DNA of 64,000 nt from Bigelowiella natans CCMP2755. Taxonomy: Eukaryota; Protista; Cercozoa. Numbering within the stretch: the first letter of the stretch is position 1; the number at the start of each line of letters is the position of its first letter. The stretch is taken from positions 1-64,000 of the forward strand of contig ADNK01001384.1 of NCBI GenBank assembly GCA_000320545.1, given 5' to 3'. Positions 12,101-23,643 of this stretch are shown here, piece after piece. Below the pieces are notes generated by a model. It was not told the origin of the DNA and ran no database searches. It was given only the letters and a program-made list of their open reading frames with translations. Made by a program: the position numbers and the translations under genes.

Positions 12101-14138
12101 TAGGTTCTCCCCTACCTACGCTAGGACTGCAGCTGCTTTTACTACTGCTTACCGGAAGGAGAACTCTGTAGGCCTCAGCTTCGCTAAGGTGTGGGCCAAG
12201 GCTGGCCTTGATGCCCACTTCGATAACCTAATAAAGTTATGCAGCAACACCCTATTGAATGCTAAGCTAGACACTACTAGACCAGCTACCCTATGGACAG
12301 ACTGGTCTAAGCTAGGTATGGCTGCTGTACTTACCCAAGACCAGCAGATCATACGGGTGTGGGGCAGGGCCTGCACAGCAGCTGAGGCCAAGTACAGCCC
12401 TACAAAAGGAGAGTATAAAGCCATGACTGAGGCGCAGAGGAAACTAAGATACTACCTGCTGTCGGTGCCCAGCTTCACCTTAATGACTGACCACAAGCCC
12501 CTCCTAGGCATCGACCGCAAGCTCGAAGCGCCTAACGATGAGTATGCAGCTATGAGGGCGGACACGGAAGAGTTTAGGGACAAGAGGACAGTGGTCTACG
12601 CACCAGGAGACAAGCAGCTTGCTGACTATTTCAGCAGGCTGTTCGAAAAGAAAGTCCCTACCCAGGTCACCCCTATGGTTAACGCGATTACCTTCGAGGA
12701 CGGCGACTTCCTGCCTGAGCCAGAGGAGCTCCAGCACCTTCAAGAACACCTGGATAAATACAAACACAAGCATGAGGTACTTAGTGATAGGATATATGTA
12801 TACACTAATAATGTTAGGCGTACCTACGTGCCACGGCGGACCAGGGGAGCCCTTCTCTTTACCGCCCATGGACCTGCACACGTAGGAGAAAACCATATCA
12901 CTGCTCTACTCTACCATTACTACTGGCCCTACAAGCTAAAAGAGATAAGGACATACCTGCGTGGCTGCAGGTGCTCCAGCTTGAAGGCGGCAGGCGTCGC
13001 CACCAAGGAGTCCAGCAAGAGCCGTGCATCTAAGAAAATCAAAGCAAGGAACTTCTTAGATATCGTGCAAATTGATGTTTATAAGTACGATGGCTATCAC
13101 TACCTTACCTTCGTTGATGTGGCCACTGGAAAGTGCTGGGTTAAAAAGATTATCAAGGTCAACGTTGCTAAGAAGAACAAAGGCTTATATAAGCAGAGGC
13201 TTACTAACTGCTACCGTACCTGGGAGTCTGAGCTCCAGGCTATCCCTGATGAAGTTAGCATAAACAAGATACCAAAGAAGTTACATGTGGATAATGAGAC
13301 CTCTCTTCTACAGCTACCACACCCTAATATTGATGCCTCACCTGTATACTATGCCCAGTCCAACTCCAAGGTAGAGCGACTCCACCGCACCTTGGCCAAC
13401 CTAAGCAGGATAAATAGCACCACACCAGACAAGATACAAGGGTTAGTAAACGACACCTTCACGTCTGGGGGAGGTATCAAGGATAAGGAGAGGGAAGAAG
13501 GCGACGACAACGACGACGATACCGAGAGCGAAGACGAGAAGGTCCCGTACGATGGCCGAGTTCTAAAGGAAGGACAGTATGTTAGGGCCAAGGTAAATCT
13601 GAGATCGAGAAATAAACAAGACCCCTTCTGGGGTGGCGTTGCAAAGGTTACCGAGAGGAAGGGGAGGAAGCAGTACTACATCTATGATGGGAACAGGGTC
13701 ACCTTGCGCCACATCAGTCACCTAAAGAATTATGATATCGGTGAGAAGCTCCTAGAGGATGTTAAAGTAAACCCTACTGTGTGGGAGCGAGCAATGCCTT
13801 GTTTAGGACCCCGACCTAAGTTCGATGTGGAATATGGAAACAATAAGGTCAGGGTGAACGACGATTGGCGCATGAAGATTGTCTATCTAGGCTACCCTGG
13901 ATTACGAAATATGGAGAGGGTAGCTATGAAAATAAAGGACGGAAAATATCAGCTACTCTACCTAGCTGTTCCCGACTTACCCTTTGAGCACTGGTATAAG
14001 GTCCTGGGGGACCTTGATGCAGAGGGCTGGTATGGACACGAACCTAAGGACGAAGGTGAGTTCTGGGTAAGCGACAAAGGAGATAAGGTTAGAGAGGAAT
14101 CTATTACCTGGTGGTTGGTGAAGTTCCGAAAGCGATGA
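9165..14138 (+). CDS. Single-frame Gag-Pol polyprotein (1657 aa): Gag with Zn knuckle, aspartic protease, RT, RNase H, integrase, SH3-like module, C-terminal Dam-like domain
   Basis: CGYCSRKGKHTAKDC (10272-10316); ALWDSGS protease; SLDKNESYMQ...FPYGL...YVDD (11829) RT; LWTDWS...YSPTKGE...TDHKPL...ADYFSR RNase H; H-H-C-C followed by IVQID (13074), HVDNE (13290), KVERLH (13374) integrase. Confidence 0.97.
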   Translation: MSQQLEEQQDFGSQAVQGHEQKQERKGDTDAKEGGGTPPQAPPGPAPGIKKADAAAEALENFYEADDEDVAAESKKVVMALRALRPRASNYAKLKVSIEYKYQTHDVWAAIMQDIMDYEADLPPEWAALFRNDGGLGASRGTTQSTVKQQQPVQRNTQFMSVKTAPVMITKYNGKRGEARRWWKNARSILCDFTPNPTENDKLKWLAIIKQAMDLYETGRTRIRQLEKIHTTVSGLRDVEAIMKAFVNEQDANSLPQAIRKYRAMMQHEREPVRDFATRFQDMIDELHDFNYNTGDDQARFEEFKLKIKESTYVTEKGYTTMEAAVQAISLREQEQDRKFTSPKVPGIGNINAIKPQRDWYKDREGNRRCGYCSRKGKHTAKDCRDRKEGRPRMTIRQLNEHYEKLKRKKGRGQGYNNSKWQGSNNGKNNKYKNKKQNSINAIQQQINGILDHLKQAPTKTAVPATQDQDKPMTLDDIKNLGVCNINDEDANRTIKVAMTKVKVKDSYGDYKKLPALWDSGSMPKSFISLSTVRRLGLLDQVTKKERKYAQADGSSSMKTVGELMLKLQIPGSDAETQIKTRVAMTLSMELLLGQDALEKLGGIISFYNHKIYFAKLPKKSGRTISQNMIRLDEWTSESSVNALEFMDLADNKLPTPTELRKKNPGKTIRQITELLDKTPPADDWDIDKGKKYINKILNEKYSDITKPTTKPSSKLTPVKIELKKGYEECIINDPEHRRPEADWEKIEWQINEWAKEGKIEPSNSPWNVRHVLAKKPTYPFFRLAHNFIRHNRVIKRIQTPTPRIDDVIEHVIGYKYYSSLDKNESYMQTPIHKTSRPITAFSSRHRKWHFVVFPYGLSISGDAFSSQNYRAYTHDGMASVLWVFVFVYVDDDIICTNTVVAQIFLLENIFIRFAHFGFTIRLQKCTFLATRIKWCGYYLEQGRITPNPEKVAALQQAPKPKNAKELKSFLQTAAWILRRFSPTYARTAAAFTTAYRKENSVGLSFAKVWAKAGLDAHFDNLIKLCSNTLLNAKLDTTRPATLWTDWSKLGMAAVLTQDQQIIRVWGRACTAAEAKYSPTKGEYKAMTEAQRKLRYYLLSVPSFTLMTDHKPLLGIDRKLEAPNDEYAAMRADTEEFRDKRTVVYAPGDKQLADYFSRLFEKKVPTQVTPMVNAITFEDGDFLPEPEELQHLQEHLDKYKHKHEVLSDRIYVYTNNVRRTYVPRRTRGALLFTAHGPAHVGENHITALLYHYYWPYKLKEIRTYLRGCRCSSLKAAGVATKESSKSRASKKIKARNFLDIVQIDVYKYDGYHYLTFVDVATGKCWVKKIIKVNVAKKNKGLYKQRLTNCYRTWESELQAIPDEVSINKIPKKLHVDNETSLLQLPHPNIDASPVYYAQSNSKVERLHRTLANLSRINSTTPDKIQGLVNDTFTSGGGIKDKEREEGDDNDDDTESEDEKVPYDGRVLKEGQYVRAKVNLRSRNKQDPFWGGVAKVTERKGRKQYYIYDGNRVTLRHISHLKNYDIGEKLLEDVKVNPTVWERAMPCLGPRPKFDVEYGNNKVRVNDDWRMKIVYLGYPGLRNMERVAMKIKDGKYQLLYLAVPDLPFEHWYKVLGDLDAEGWYGHEPKDEGEFWVSDKGDKVREESITWWLVKFRKR

Positions 14139-14145
14139 AGGTCTA

Positions 14146-14189
14146 AGGGAATAAGGAAGGAAGGAAGGAGCAACGTGACTTGGGGGAGG
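14146..14189 (+). promoter_or_regulatory. 3' polypurine tract region
   Basis: AAGGGAATAAGGAAGGAAGGAAGGAG...TGGGGGAGG directly abuts the TG of the 3' LTR. Confidence 0.85.
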
Positions 14190-14515
14190 TGTAGCGCGTA
14201 CCACTACGCGGGCACAAGTCACGTGCGACAACAAAGGGGTTGTCGCGGATATAGAATATAGATAACGTAGATATTAATACAGCATAGGCACGTGGGTTCC
14301 GGCGGGACTCATGGCAGCACACCGGAAGTGTGCTGCCCCACGTGCGGCGGCATTCGCGAAAGCTTCGCGAATGATTACGCAGTGCACGATTTAATAAAAA
14401 TATAATCTTTAATAAAAATAAACACAACTCTTCAAAAGGAAGCAAACGTGCCTTTCCCCCCCCCTGCCTACTTGTGCACGTAGCGCCTCGGCCTGTGAAC
14501 ACCTTACGCGCAACA
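14190..14515 (+). repeat. 3' LTR (326 bp)
   Basis: Direct repeat of 8800-9125, followed by TSD GCAC. Confidence 0.97.
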
Positions 14516-14749
14516 GCACATTGGCATTGCCTGCGTGTTTGATGACCGAACTAGCGAATGCTCACGTGTTACGCATGCTGACTTGCTCAGCAGAGCTGAC
14601 TTCGTTCAATACGACACACAGGCATGGCTAGATGGTCGCTGCAATGAAGGCGCAACTTTGATGAGATCGTCTGACTTCAACAGTGTGAATGTTCATGCAC
14701 CATTGTGATCATTTAGCTCTGCAGGGGTCCAGCCATCCAAAACTATCGC

Positions 14750-15321
14750 ACCAGGCCGGGCCAAAGGCAGCCCACACATGCCCACGTCATCTCCTCCTTT
14801 GTGCAAAAAGGAGGACGATCATGGTGACGACGATGCAACAAGCTCAAGTTATCAGTGATTTCTCTCCACATTCCCCTCACATTTGCTGCATTCTCTGTGT
14901 TTGATGTCAATATCACCAATCCCATCTCTTTTTTACCTTGAAAGCCTTCGTGTACCTCCGCAATGGAGAACCAAGACCGCAGCAAGGATGATGAAGACGA
15001 TGATGACGGTGATTCCGTAGCCAACGAGAATAGTGCCACCGAAGGAGACGATCCTATTTGAAGGTACAACACAATGTAATTTTTTCGAATTTCAGGGTGT
15101 GTGCGCATGTTGCCATAATGATGGATGCCATTAATTGCGTGGCGTCTAATAAAATATTTGGATTTGTCCCCCATATTTTTCCAGACACCTTGGTCGTAGG
15201 CTCCGTGCATCACATTTTCATCGCACGCACTCATTTCTTCATTGCTGTTCGATTATATCATTCATTACAGGTTCAATTTTGAATAAGACGAAGTAATCAT
15301 GCTCAAATTAGAGAGGATGAG

Positions 15322-15387
<66 letters not shown>

Positions 15388-15420
15388 CTAATTTACATGC
15401 AACATACGCGCACGCGCGCG

Positions 15421-15468
<48 letters not shown>

Positions 15469-15924
15469 AAATTGGCTCCTGTTTCCCCCTTCATTCAAAA
15501 TACAAAGAGATTATTGTTTCTGCCCCCACCAGCCCTCCTCTCGCACTCACAAGCTGTAAGTACTTTTTTATCTTTGCCTCAATGTGCTCAATCTTGCCGT
15601 AGGTGTAGACAAGGACGCCTCTGGTTGACGTTCGTACAGGCTCACAAATCGCCCTGTTTGCAGCTTTGTTCTGATGCTCCTGAGAATGAGCAGGAGGGAA
15701 GGATTGTGGCGATGATTGTGGCGATGGTGGAAGGAATGTAGGAGGTGTCTGAGGTGCTGTATGGTATGGGAATACTATGTGCGCATAGACACGATCCCAT
15801 CTTTGTCATGGTATTCGATTTCGGGACATCTTGAAATAAATTTCGTCTCGCGATTAAATATGTATGTGTCTGTGGCTGTGAATAGGATGCGCGCGCGCAC
15901 ACACACACACATATATTAATTAGA

Positions 15925-15957
<33 letters not shown>

Positions 15958-17005
15958 TATGCGCAGTAATGTTGAATATATGTCGCTGGTTGCATTCTTG
16001 GCACTTTCATTAGATGCGGCTATCCATTTAATTCACGACCTGGTTTTGGCAGAAGCCGTTTTCATTTACCAACATGAGAATGCCGCTGCAGGACATACAC
16101 ACAGAGGAGGGGTCGTATGAGGAAGAAGGAGAAACATCGAACAAACGCAGGAAATTGCTCCTATGTTGCGTGGTTCTTGAAATGAGCAATGTGGGTGCAA
16201 TATCGACCAATCGTCAAAGGAAACAAGTATCATATCGTGTAGTCATGAAAACATAAGATACACAACTTACTCGTGCTTATCATTGTAGCTCCCATAGTTG
16301 TCAGTATTCATTTTCAATCCCAATTCAGACACCAATCGTCGTCTGCTGCCTGAACGCGAGCTCGGCCCCCCCCCGCCTGTCTTTGGCATCCTTGTCCTTT
16401 TCATTCCTCTTGCGACGTATGAGATGGCAGGGGAACGACCAACTGTTGCGAAGCTGGGGCCAGCCACAATACTCCATCTGCAGCAATGATATTGATGATA
16501 ACAATACACGATCGGCAAAGTAGTAGTAATAATAGTAATAATAATAGTAATAACAGCGACACCTATGGTAACGAGAATGGGACGAATGGAAAAGGACAAA
16601 TCCCCCAATTTCTCATTAGTTAAGATGTGTGCAGATTGGTGTCGTCGTAGTGGTGGTTGTAATTGTCGTTCTTCTTACTATTGCTACTTCCTACCTGCCG
16701 CCAGTGTCGCTGCTGCTTTCGTCTGCTTGACCTACTATTCCTCCTCCTCCTCCTCTTCCTCTTTTCAAGTAGCTTTCATATCTCACGACCGCGAGAAATA
16801 CCTTATCGCCCACTGAGTACGATACAGCTACTTTCTGGGAGAAAATCTGGTTTCTAGACGTTGCTCCTGCCCTTTCTTCCTTTCCCCTTTTACTCCTGGT
16901 GCTCAACTGGCCTGAGCCCACCACGGTCAAACTCGCTCGGACGCGAGGAACTGTAGACAAGCGGGGCGGGGTAGTAGATCATGAAGAAGGTAAGTCCACT
17001 ATAAA

Positions 17006-17053
<48 letters not shown>

Positions 17054-20000
17054 GCCCCCCCCCCCCTCTGTGTGTGTGTTGTAGCGCAAATGTACGAAAG
17101 CCATAGTTTATCTCATCATCACCCCCGGAGCGGGAGAAGCTGAATGCCGTAACCTCTCCCTCCCCTTTCTACCGTACTCGTCGCTCTAATCGGGCACTGA
17201 CCTTTACGCCCCCTTGCCTGTAGTTCGGCGATCTGCACGTCGTCCCCTGCCTTCTCGGAGGGGGTATGGAGCACCACCCCTCCATCCCCAGACAATACCC
17301 TGAAGGGAAAAGAAAACCTAAGGAAGCTTCGCTTTGATTATGTATCATATTTGAATATGTTTGGAGTGAATGTGCAATCTTCCTCCGCATCATTTGCGCT
17401 ATTGCTGCTGCCGTGAGCCCGCCGAGCAGCAGGACCAGAAAAAGCACTCCTACCACTATTTTCACACTATACCATCTGCGTATCCTCAGGCTTCGGTGGC
17501 TGTTGACTGCAACTTGGACGATGCAAAGACGAGGTCCATCCTCCTCCTCCTCCTCCTCCTTCTCTTCTCGCTTTCGGGATGGATATGATGAAGACGACGA
17601 CGATGATGATGAACCTCTACCGTCATCAGCAAAGGCAGAGTGTGTGTAAGAATGGATAATTGTTGAGCGGGAGGATGAGGAAGAAGAGGAGGCAGTATCT
17701 CCATTTGCGACTCCTTGCCGCCCTCCTCTTCCCTTGTCCCGAGCGAGGCAGGGTACAATCACAGCCACCGAGTACCCGTCTCTGTGCTTCCGTAGTGTCG
17801 CAACAGCGTGATGACGCCCAATAGCTCCCCGATCTCTGCTCCTCCCTGTTACGTTCCCCCCCTCCCCCCTTCTGTAGTACTCATTCGCTACATTTCTGCC
17901 CTTCCCCCCTCTCCTCTCCAAGCCAGGCTTGAGTGCGACTTTGCTGTTCGTTTCGGGGTGAATGGTGGAGAACCATGCTACTTGCCCGTTGTTGCTAGAC
18001 GCCAGTACGACAAACGAGAGCGGCGATTGCTGCGACGACGACGACGGCGATGTCGGCGAAGAAGAAGAAGAAGAAGAAGAAGAAGAAGAAGAAGGAGCTC
18101 TCTCTCCTGGAATGTATGAAAGAGCCTCGATGTGGCTAAAATGGTCGGGGAGGGGCAGCAGTGCGTCGCGAAGGCTTATGACATGTGAGCCTGCGCTGCC
18201 CGCCAAGAGAGAGATGGAATATCTGTAGGGCATCAGCAACAAGGAGACAAAAGGGGGGGGAGGATGGAGATCAGGATATATGGCAATTTGATCACCCACA
18301 GCATTATATTTTCAACATTCTATGCAAATGCTACTGATGAATTACCGATGCTGTACTGAGGTGCGTAGCTGCCTATTGTTGGCCCTGGTAGTCTCAGGCA
18401 TGGATTCTCCCATTGTCCTTGTCGTCGTCTTGTACGTAACGATTTTGAGGTTTCTAGGTGCCCCGCCCTCTTCATGGGCGGGTACCTGAAGAACGATCAC
18501 CTTGGGAGCGCTGCTGTTGCTACTGCTACTGCTCTTAACAATAGCCATGTTCCAAGCTCCAGAATCATTATGATCTTTCTCATTCTCGTCATGTTCTTCT
18601 ACTTCTCCTTCCTCCCCCCTATTTCCCCCTAGTACTGCCGCCGCTGCCCAGTAAACTTGTAGCATTGCGCTGTCGATGTTGATTGTGAAGTGAAGGCCGG
18701 GGGGGTGGGGCTTGCCGTGTATCACTACATATTCCCGAACACGTTGCAGAATTTCGCGCTGGTCTTTCGGCTCCCATATTAAGATGGGATAGGAAGAGTT
18801 AATGAATCTGCCAAACCGCCTTGATGCAACGGATTCGAAATGGCGTGAAGGTGCGTTGAGGATCTGATATCGGTCATACGGGGCCGTCTGAATGATGGAG
18901 TCATTTCTGCTTTTGGGACCGCCTTCGCCGGTACCATCGAAATCATCGTCTTTATTTTTATATCCAATCGCAGCTGCCATGGTATCCATGCATGTCCCTT
19001 TGAAGTAGCCCGGGATGAAGGTCGCAACCCAAGGACGCCACCGATCCTCCAGACATCCGCAGATGGAAGGCCCCGAGCCGTCACCATCAATCACAAACTC
19101 GAGGTATAATGAGTGTTTAAGAATAATAGCATTTGCCTTCTTGAAGAAATCATCTATTAGGGAAAGCCATGCGTTCGTGGGAGCCCCTTCTTCACACACC
19201 TTGGGTGCATTTCTCAAACTCAACTGTATTAGAAACGGCGCTGATCGAAATCTTTCTCTGGCTTTCGAACCGAAGTATGTGCGGTAGCGTGGATCTGCAA
19301 TGAAGGTGAGGATATCATCGCTGACGTTATAACCTGAACGAAAGTTGGCGGGGTACACAGGTTTCTCCTGGTTGAGAATGAAGCATTCGCGTGCCCTCTC
19401 GCGAGCACGGCTTTGTAATGCACAGATGCTAGACGGCTGGAAGTTGAAGTCGACTTTGAAGTTTCTTCCCCCTTTTCTCAGCATTTGTGGCCATGCCCGG
19501 AGATCGTTCTTACTGTGCTCCTGCCATCCGAGGGTGCTGCCGAATAGAGATGAGTTTTCCCTCTGCGTCCGACTCTTCTCTCGGCTAGTGGAAGTTTCTG
19601 GGTAAGGCTCCCATTCTTCAGGAGGGAGATTTGTGAAAAATGGCAGGAATGCTAGCTGGCCGAGGATAAATACCAAGGCACATTGCAAGACAACGCCCAA
19701 GGTTATGCGCGCTACTTGCATTCGTCGGCGTTTTGATCCTATTCGTTTGAGGATGTGGTTGCAGCTTCGCTTCTCACGAATATAACCGAGCCATAAAGAT
19801 CTAACGACGTCCTTAAGCACTTCTGGTTCCAAGGCGCCCTTTCACCTGGCTGAATGAACTGAGGAAGAACATGCTGCTGTGTCCTCCTCAACGCACAGAA
19901 GAGAGGGGCAGCTCTGGGAGGTCTGGAAGGTCGATTTTTATCATCTGCTGCAAGCTGTTCCGAGGAGCTTCAAAGGAAGAACGCCGTATATTTATCAGGG

Positions 20001-20364
20001 AAAATATGGAAGTAAACGCTAGTCGTAGAAGATGAACCGTCTGCATTCGTCCTCACCATCGCTTCGTACATCGGAGGAGATGCGTTGCCGCACGTGTGCA
20101 AAAATCCCTGTATGACAAGAGGATCAGGGCAAAACATGCTGTCGTAGATTGAAATTCCTCTTATATTTCCAGGTCTTACGACAACAAACCAGGAACCAAA
20201 AATAGACACTTTTGCTCGAAATCTCCGATTTTGGAAGTAAAACTGTGTCGCAAAGACGAAATCCCGGCAAGTGGAAGTGCTAAATTAGGGGAAGCATACC
20301 TACTGTATTCAAATGATTCTTGAAAAATCATACGACATTTTGATTTAGCGACAAAGCATACCAT
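14750..20364 (-). CDS. Uncharacterised multi-exon membrane protein(s); the N-terminal part may be a PLC-like phosphodiesterase TIM barrel; may be more than one gene
   Basis: Long ORFs 18342..19832 and 17169..18299 can be joined by an intron (~18345-18229). TM segments ITLGVVLQCALVFILGQLAFL and IVVGVLFLVLLLGGLTAAAI. EHSKNDLRAWPQMLRKGGRNFKVD loosely recalls PLC-like PDE N-terminal motifs. Further exon-like segments extend to about 14750. Confidence 0.45.
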
Positions 20365-20509
20365 GCCTTTTTAGACAAGAATGTGAGGTTTATTCTGTGC
20401 CAACGAGTTACCCGCTATCTCTTAAAAAGAACCAAAATTCGGATAACCGTTGGAAATAGTTACCCGTCGCCCCCCCCCAGTTTATTTTAATCCTGAATAG
20501 GAAACGATC

Positions 20510-21775
20510 ATGGCATCCACGGCCGACCATAAAGGTTCTGTGTTCTTAATATTTCCCCAGGTTCTTTTCTTTTTAGGGAAGAGTCAATAGAAAGAGGACC
20601 ATTAGCAATCCAAAGCTACATGTGGCGGCTTCGTTTTTGCTTCACATTTGAGTGCCTGCAGATTCTGAATTTTCATCATCATACTTAGAAGAATACGGAT
20701 CGAAGGAGAATATACCTGTCGAGTCCGACAAGGATCACTATGTGCGAAAGGTCCTCTCGGATATCAGCAACGATGAACAGGAGGCAAAGAGCTGTCTATA
20801 TGATATTTCTCAGAAAATTGGATGGAAGAGAAACAAACTATGGTGCTGCTGCCTACCTACATGTTTTTTTCTACACATAATGATACACACAATGCAAACT
20901 CACAGAGGGTGTCAATAGACAAACGTGATGCACTTGATATGTGTACAACGTTAGTGCTCGAGTCCAGTGTGTTTCACTCTCCCTACCTCCTCTCTATTCT
21001 CCCCCCTCTCTCCTATAGGCAGTACCAAGATAGAATGAGAAATGCAAAGGACAAGGCTATCAACCAAATGCTGGAGAATCTGAAGGAGTAATTTCCACTT
21101 CCTTCTCGAGTTCTCAATATTTCGACATCATCATATACATGTTTTGAACGAAGAACGAACTTACCCATTCACAGACAAAAGCGGAAGACTCTGCAGCAAA
21201 TCGACACATATGTTGAAGAAATGCAAGTCATCGTAGCACAGCTCCATATCGAAGTGGTATGTGCAAATACAATCTGAATCTGAAGTGGGGATTGAGCAAG
21301 TGAGCGGTATGCTGTTGCTGTTGTTGTTATTGTTATTATTGTTGTCGTTGCACCATTAGGAGCTGCCAAAGTACGACAAGAACCAGACCATCCTAGCGTA
21401 AGACTGATTTTGTTGCGAATTTACTTCGCTGCATGCTGCGGAAGAAGAAGAAGAAGAAGAAGAAGAAGAAGAAGAAGAAGAATCCGTCACAGCTTTACGC
21501 CGTACGCCGTGTTTTGATAATAGATTTACTGCTATCACAGAAATCTCGCAGTCTTCGAAAATGCTTTCCAGCAGCTCGCCATACAACGCGAGGGAAGGCT
21601 GAAGGCATATAACGACGCCATTCGACATTTGAACGAGAAATATCTTCAACATCTTGGAGGTAGTACGTACGTCCAAATTGTAAGGGTCTGAAGGCATGCA
21701 TCGGAAGACTGTCGCGCAACGAAAACTTATGCCTTCAATAATGATGTTGTCGTTTTCGTCGTATTCCGATCAAGA

Positions 21776-21855
<80 letters not shown>

Positions 21856-22543
21856 GATAAACCCCATATTATGCTGTCGTCCACCATCAGGAAAAGACGT
21901 CTCTACCTGCTTCCAAAGTGTGGAGGATGAAAAGAGCGCCCAGCACTTCTATGTAATCATGATGATGATGATGATGATATAATACAAACAAAATAATAAT
22001 AATAATTAATGATAACTTGTGTTTCCTGATAGTATCACCGAACGATTGAGTGATGATCAAAATAGCATCAATGACCCCCCCCCCCCTTCTCTTCTTCTTC
22101 TTCTTCTTCTTCAAAAGGTTGAAGAAGAGCGCACGATTCAAGACGACTTGAGCAAGGTGTGCGCGTGTGTGTGATGATGATGACGTCAATGATGATGATC
22201 GTGATGATGGTAATCCTCTCGTTGCCTCCCTTACTATTTATTACCACTGCCTCCATCGCGTGTGTCGGCAACTAAGTGGCATTGTTCGTCGTCCTCAGGA
22301 AGGAATCGTGCAAATACAAGAATTTGAGCAAGTCGCAATAGAACAAATGGTATTAATCTCCCCCCTCCCCCCATTTTTTTTAAATTTTTTCCATGCACTC
22401 GGAGATTCAAATCGTGCGCTGGTGAGGAATAAGAGGAGAAAAGAAAAAGAAAAACGCCCTTTTATATTAAGGACAAAAGAATAGGACAAAAGAAAGAAAA
22501 CACAAGCACATGTGATCTATCCATTTGTACGAAAAGGAGCGCC

Positions 22544-22579
<36 letters not shown>

Positions 22580-22700
22580 AAAAAAAAAATATAAAAAACA
22601 ATCAAAACAAAAAAAAAAAAAATCTCCGTGTTTGTGGGCTCAAACCCGACTACCAGCGTAAAAAAAAAGAGAGAGAGAGAGAGGAACGAAGTAAGTACGG

Positions 22701-22747
<47 letters not shown>

Positions 22748-22907
22748 GTATGATAGCAGGATTTGTTTACGAAAATTGTGTGAAATATTGCAGGAGAAGC
22801 GCAAGGCATTCATCGCGGAAAAGTGCGAGATTTGCCGTGAATATTTGCAGGAGCTTGATCTCATGCCTGATAGCAAGTGGTACTGCTGCTACTACTACTA
22901 CTACTAC

Positions 22908-22939
<32 letters not shown>

Positions 22940-23604
22940 GTGTTAATACTTGGTGCCTGGATGATGATCTGTAAGATGTCGCCCGATTCAGTTCTGATGA
23001 CGATCAAATACATCTCTTTCTCGTCTACGTCGCAACGGATATTATCCGATTTTTCCAACAACAACAACAACAACAACAACAACAAACAAACAAAAAGAGA
23101 CACAGCGACAAGCACAACACGATTCCGTGGTTTTGCCATACGTCTACCATCAGTCTCTCATTTCTTTCTCGCTGTGGATGCTTCACGATTTCGTCTAATC
23201 ATCATCATCATCACCATCATTTTGCCCCGCTATTATTTCTTCACTGTCACGATGATACTACTACTACAACTACTACTACCACTACTACTGCTCCTACAGG
23301 TATTCAAAGGAGTGGGCCGTTCTTAACCTCGATGTGGACAAAGCGATACTTAAAAACGTATTATGACGACGACGATGATGATGATCATGATGACGATGGA
23401 AATTTGCTGTAGAAAGTAGAGAAAATAGCTTCATTTAATATCGTCGTTGGTTGGGATATAACGCCTCCATAGTTCCAGCTCCTCCTATTCGAGTTCGTTC
23501 CTCGTACTGATATATGCGTTAAGATCGGCCCCTCCCTCGATTGTATTCGTCCTAAATGTCGGTGTTTGGATTGCTGTCCGTTTGGTTGTTTGCTTCCCAT
23601 TGCA

Positions 23605-23643
<39 letters not shown>

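Larger units (their letters stand above)
8800..14515 (+). mobile_element. Full-length, intact Ty3/Gypsy (Metaviridae) LTR retrotransposon
   Basis: Two 326-bp TG...CA LTRs, identical by eye (8800-9125, 14190-14515); 4-bp TSD GCAC (8796-8799, 14516-14519); PBS-like TGGCTTCCACAC at 9131; PPT before the 3' LTR; pol order PR-RT-RH-IN. Confidence 0.97.

Noticed and set aside
22545-22680. Long A-rich tract giving a poly-Lys ORF; possible retroposed poly(A) tail
   Set aside because: No TSD or element body. It lies within the MAP65 gene and looks like a degraded (GAA)n/(GA)n repeat or a low-quality consensus hiding an exon.
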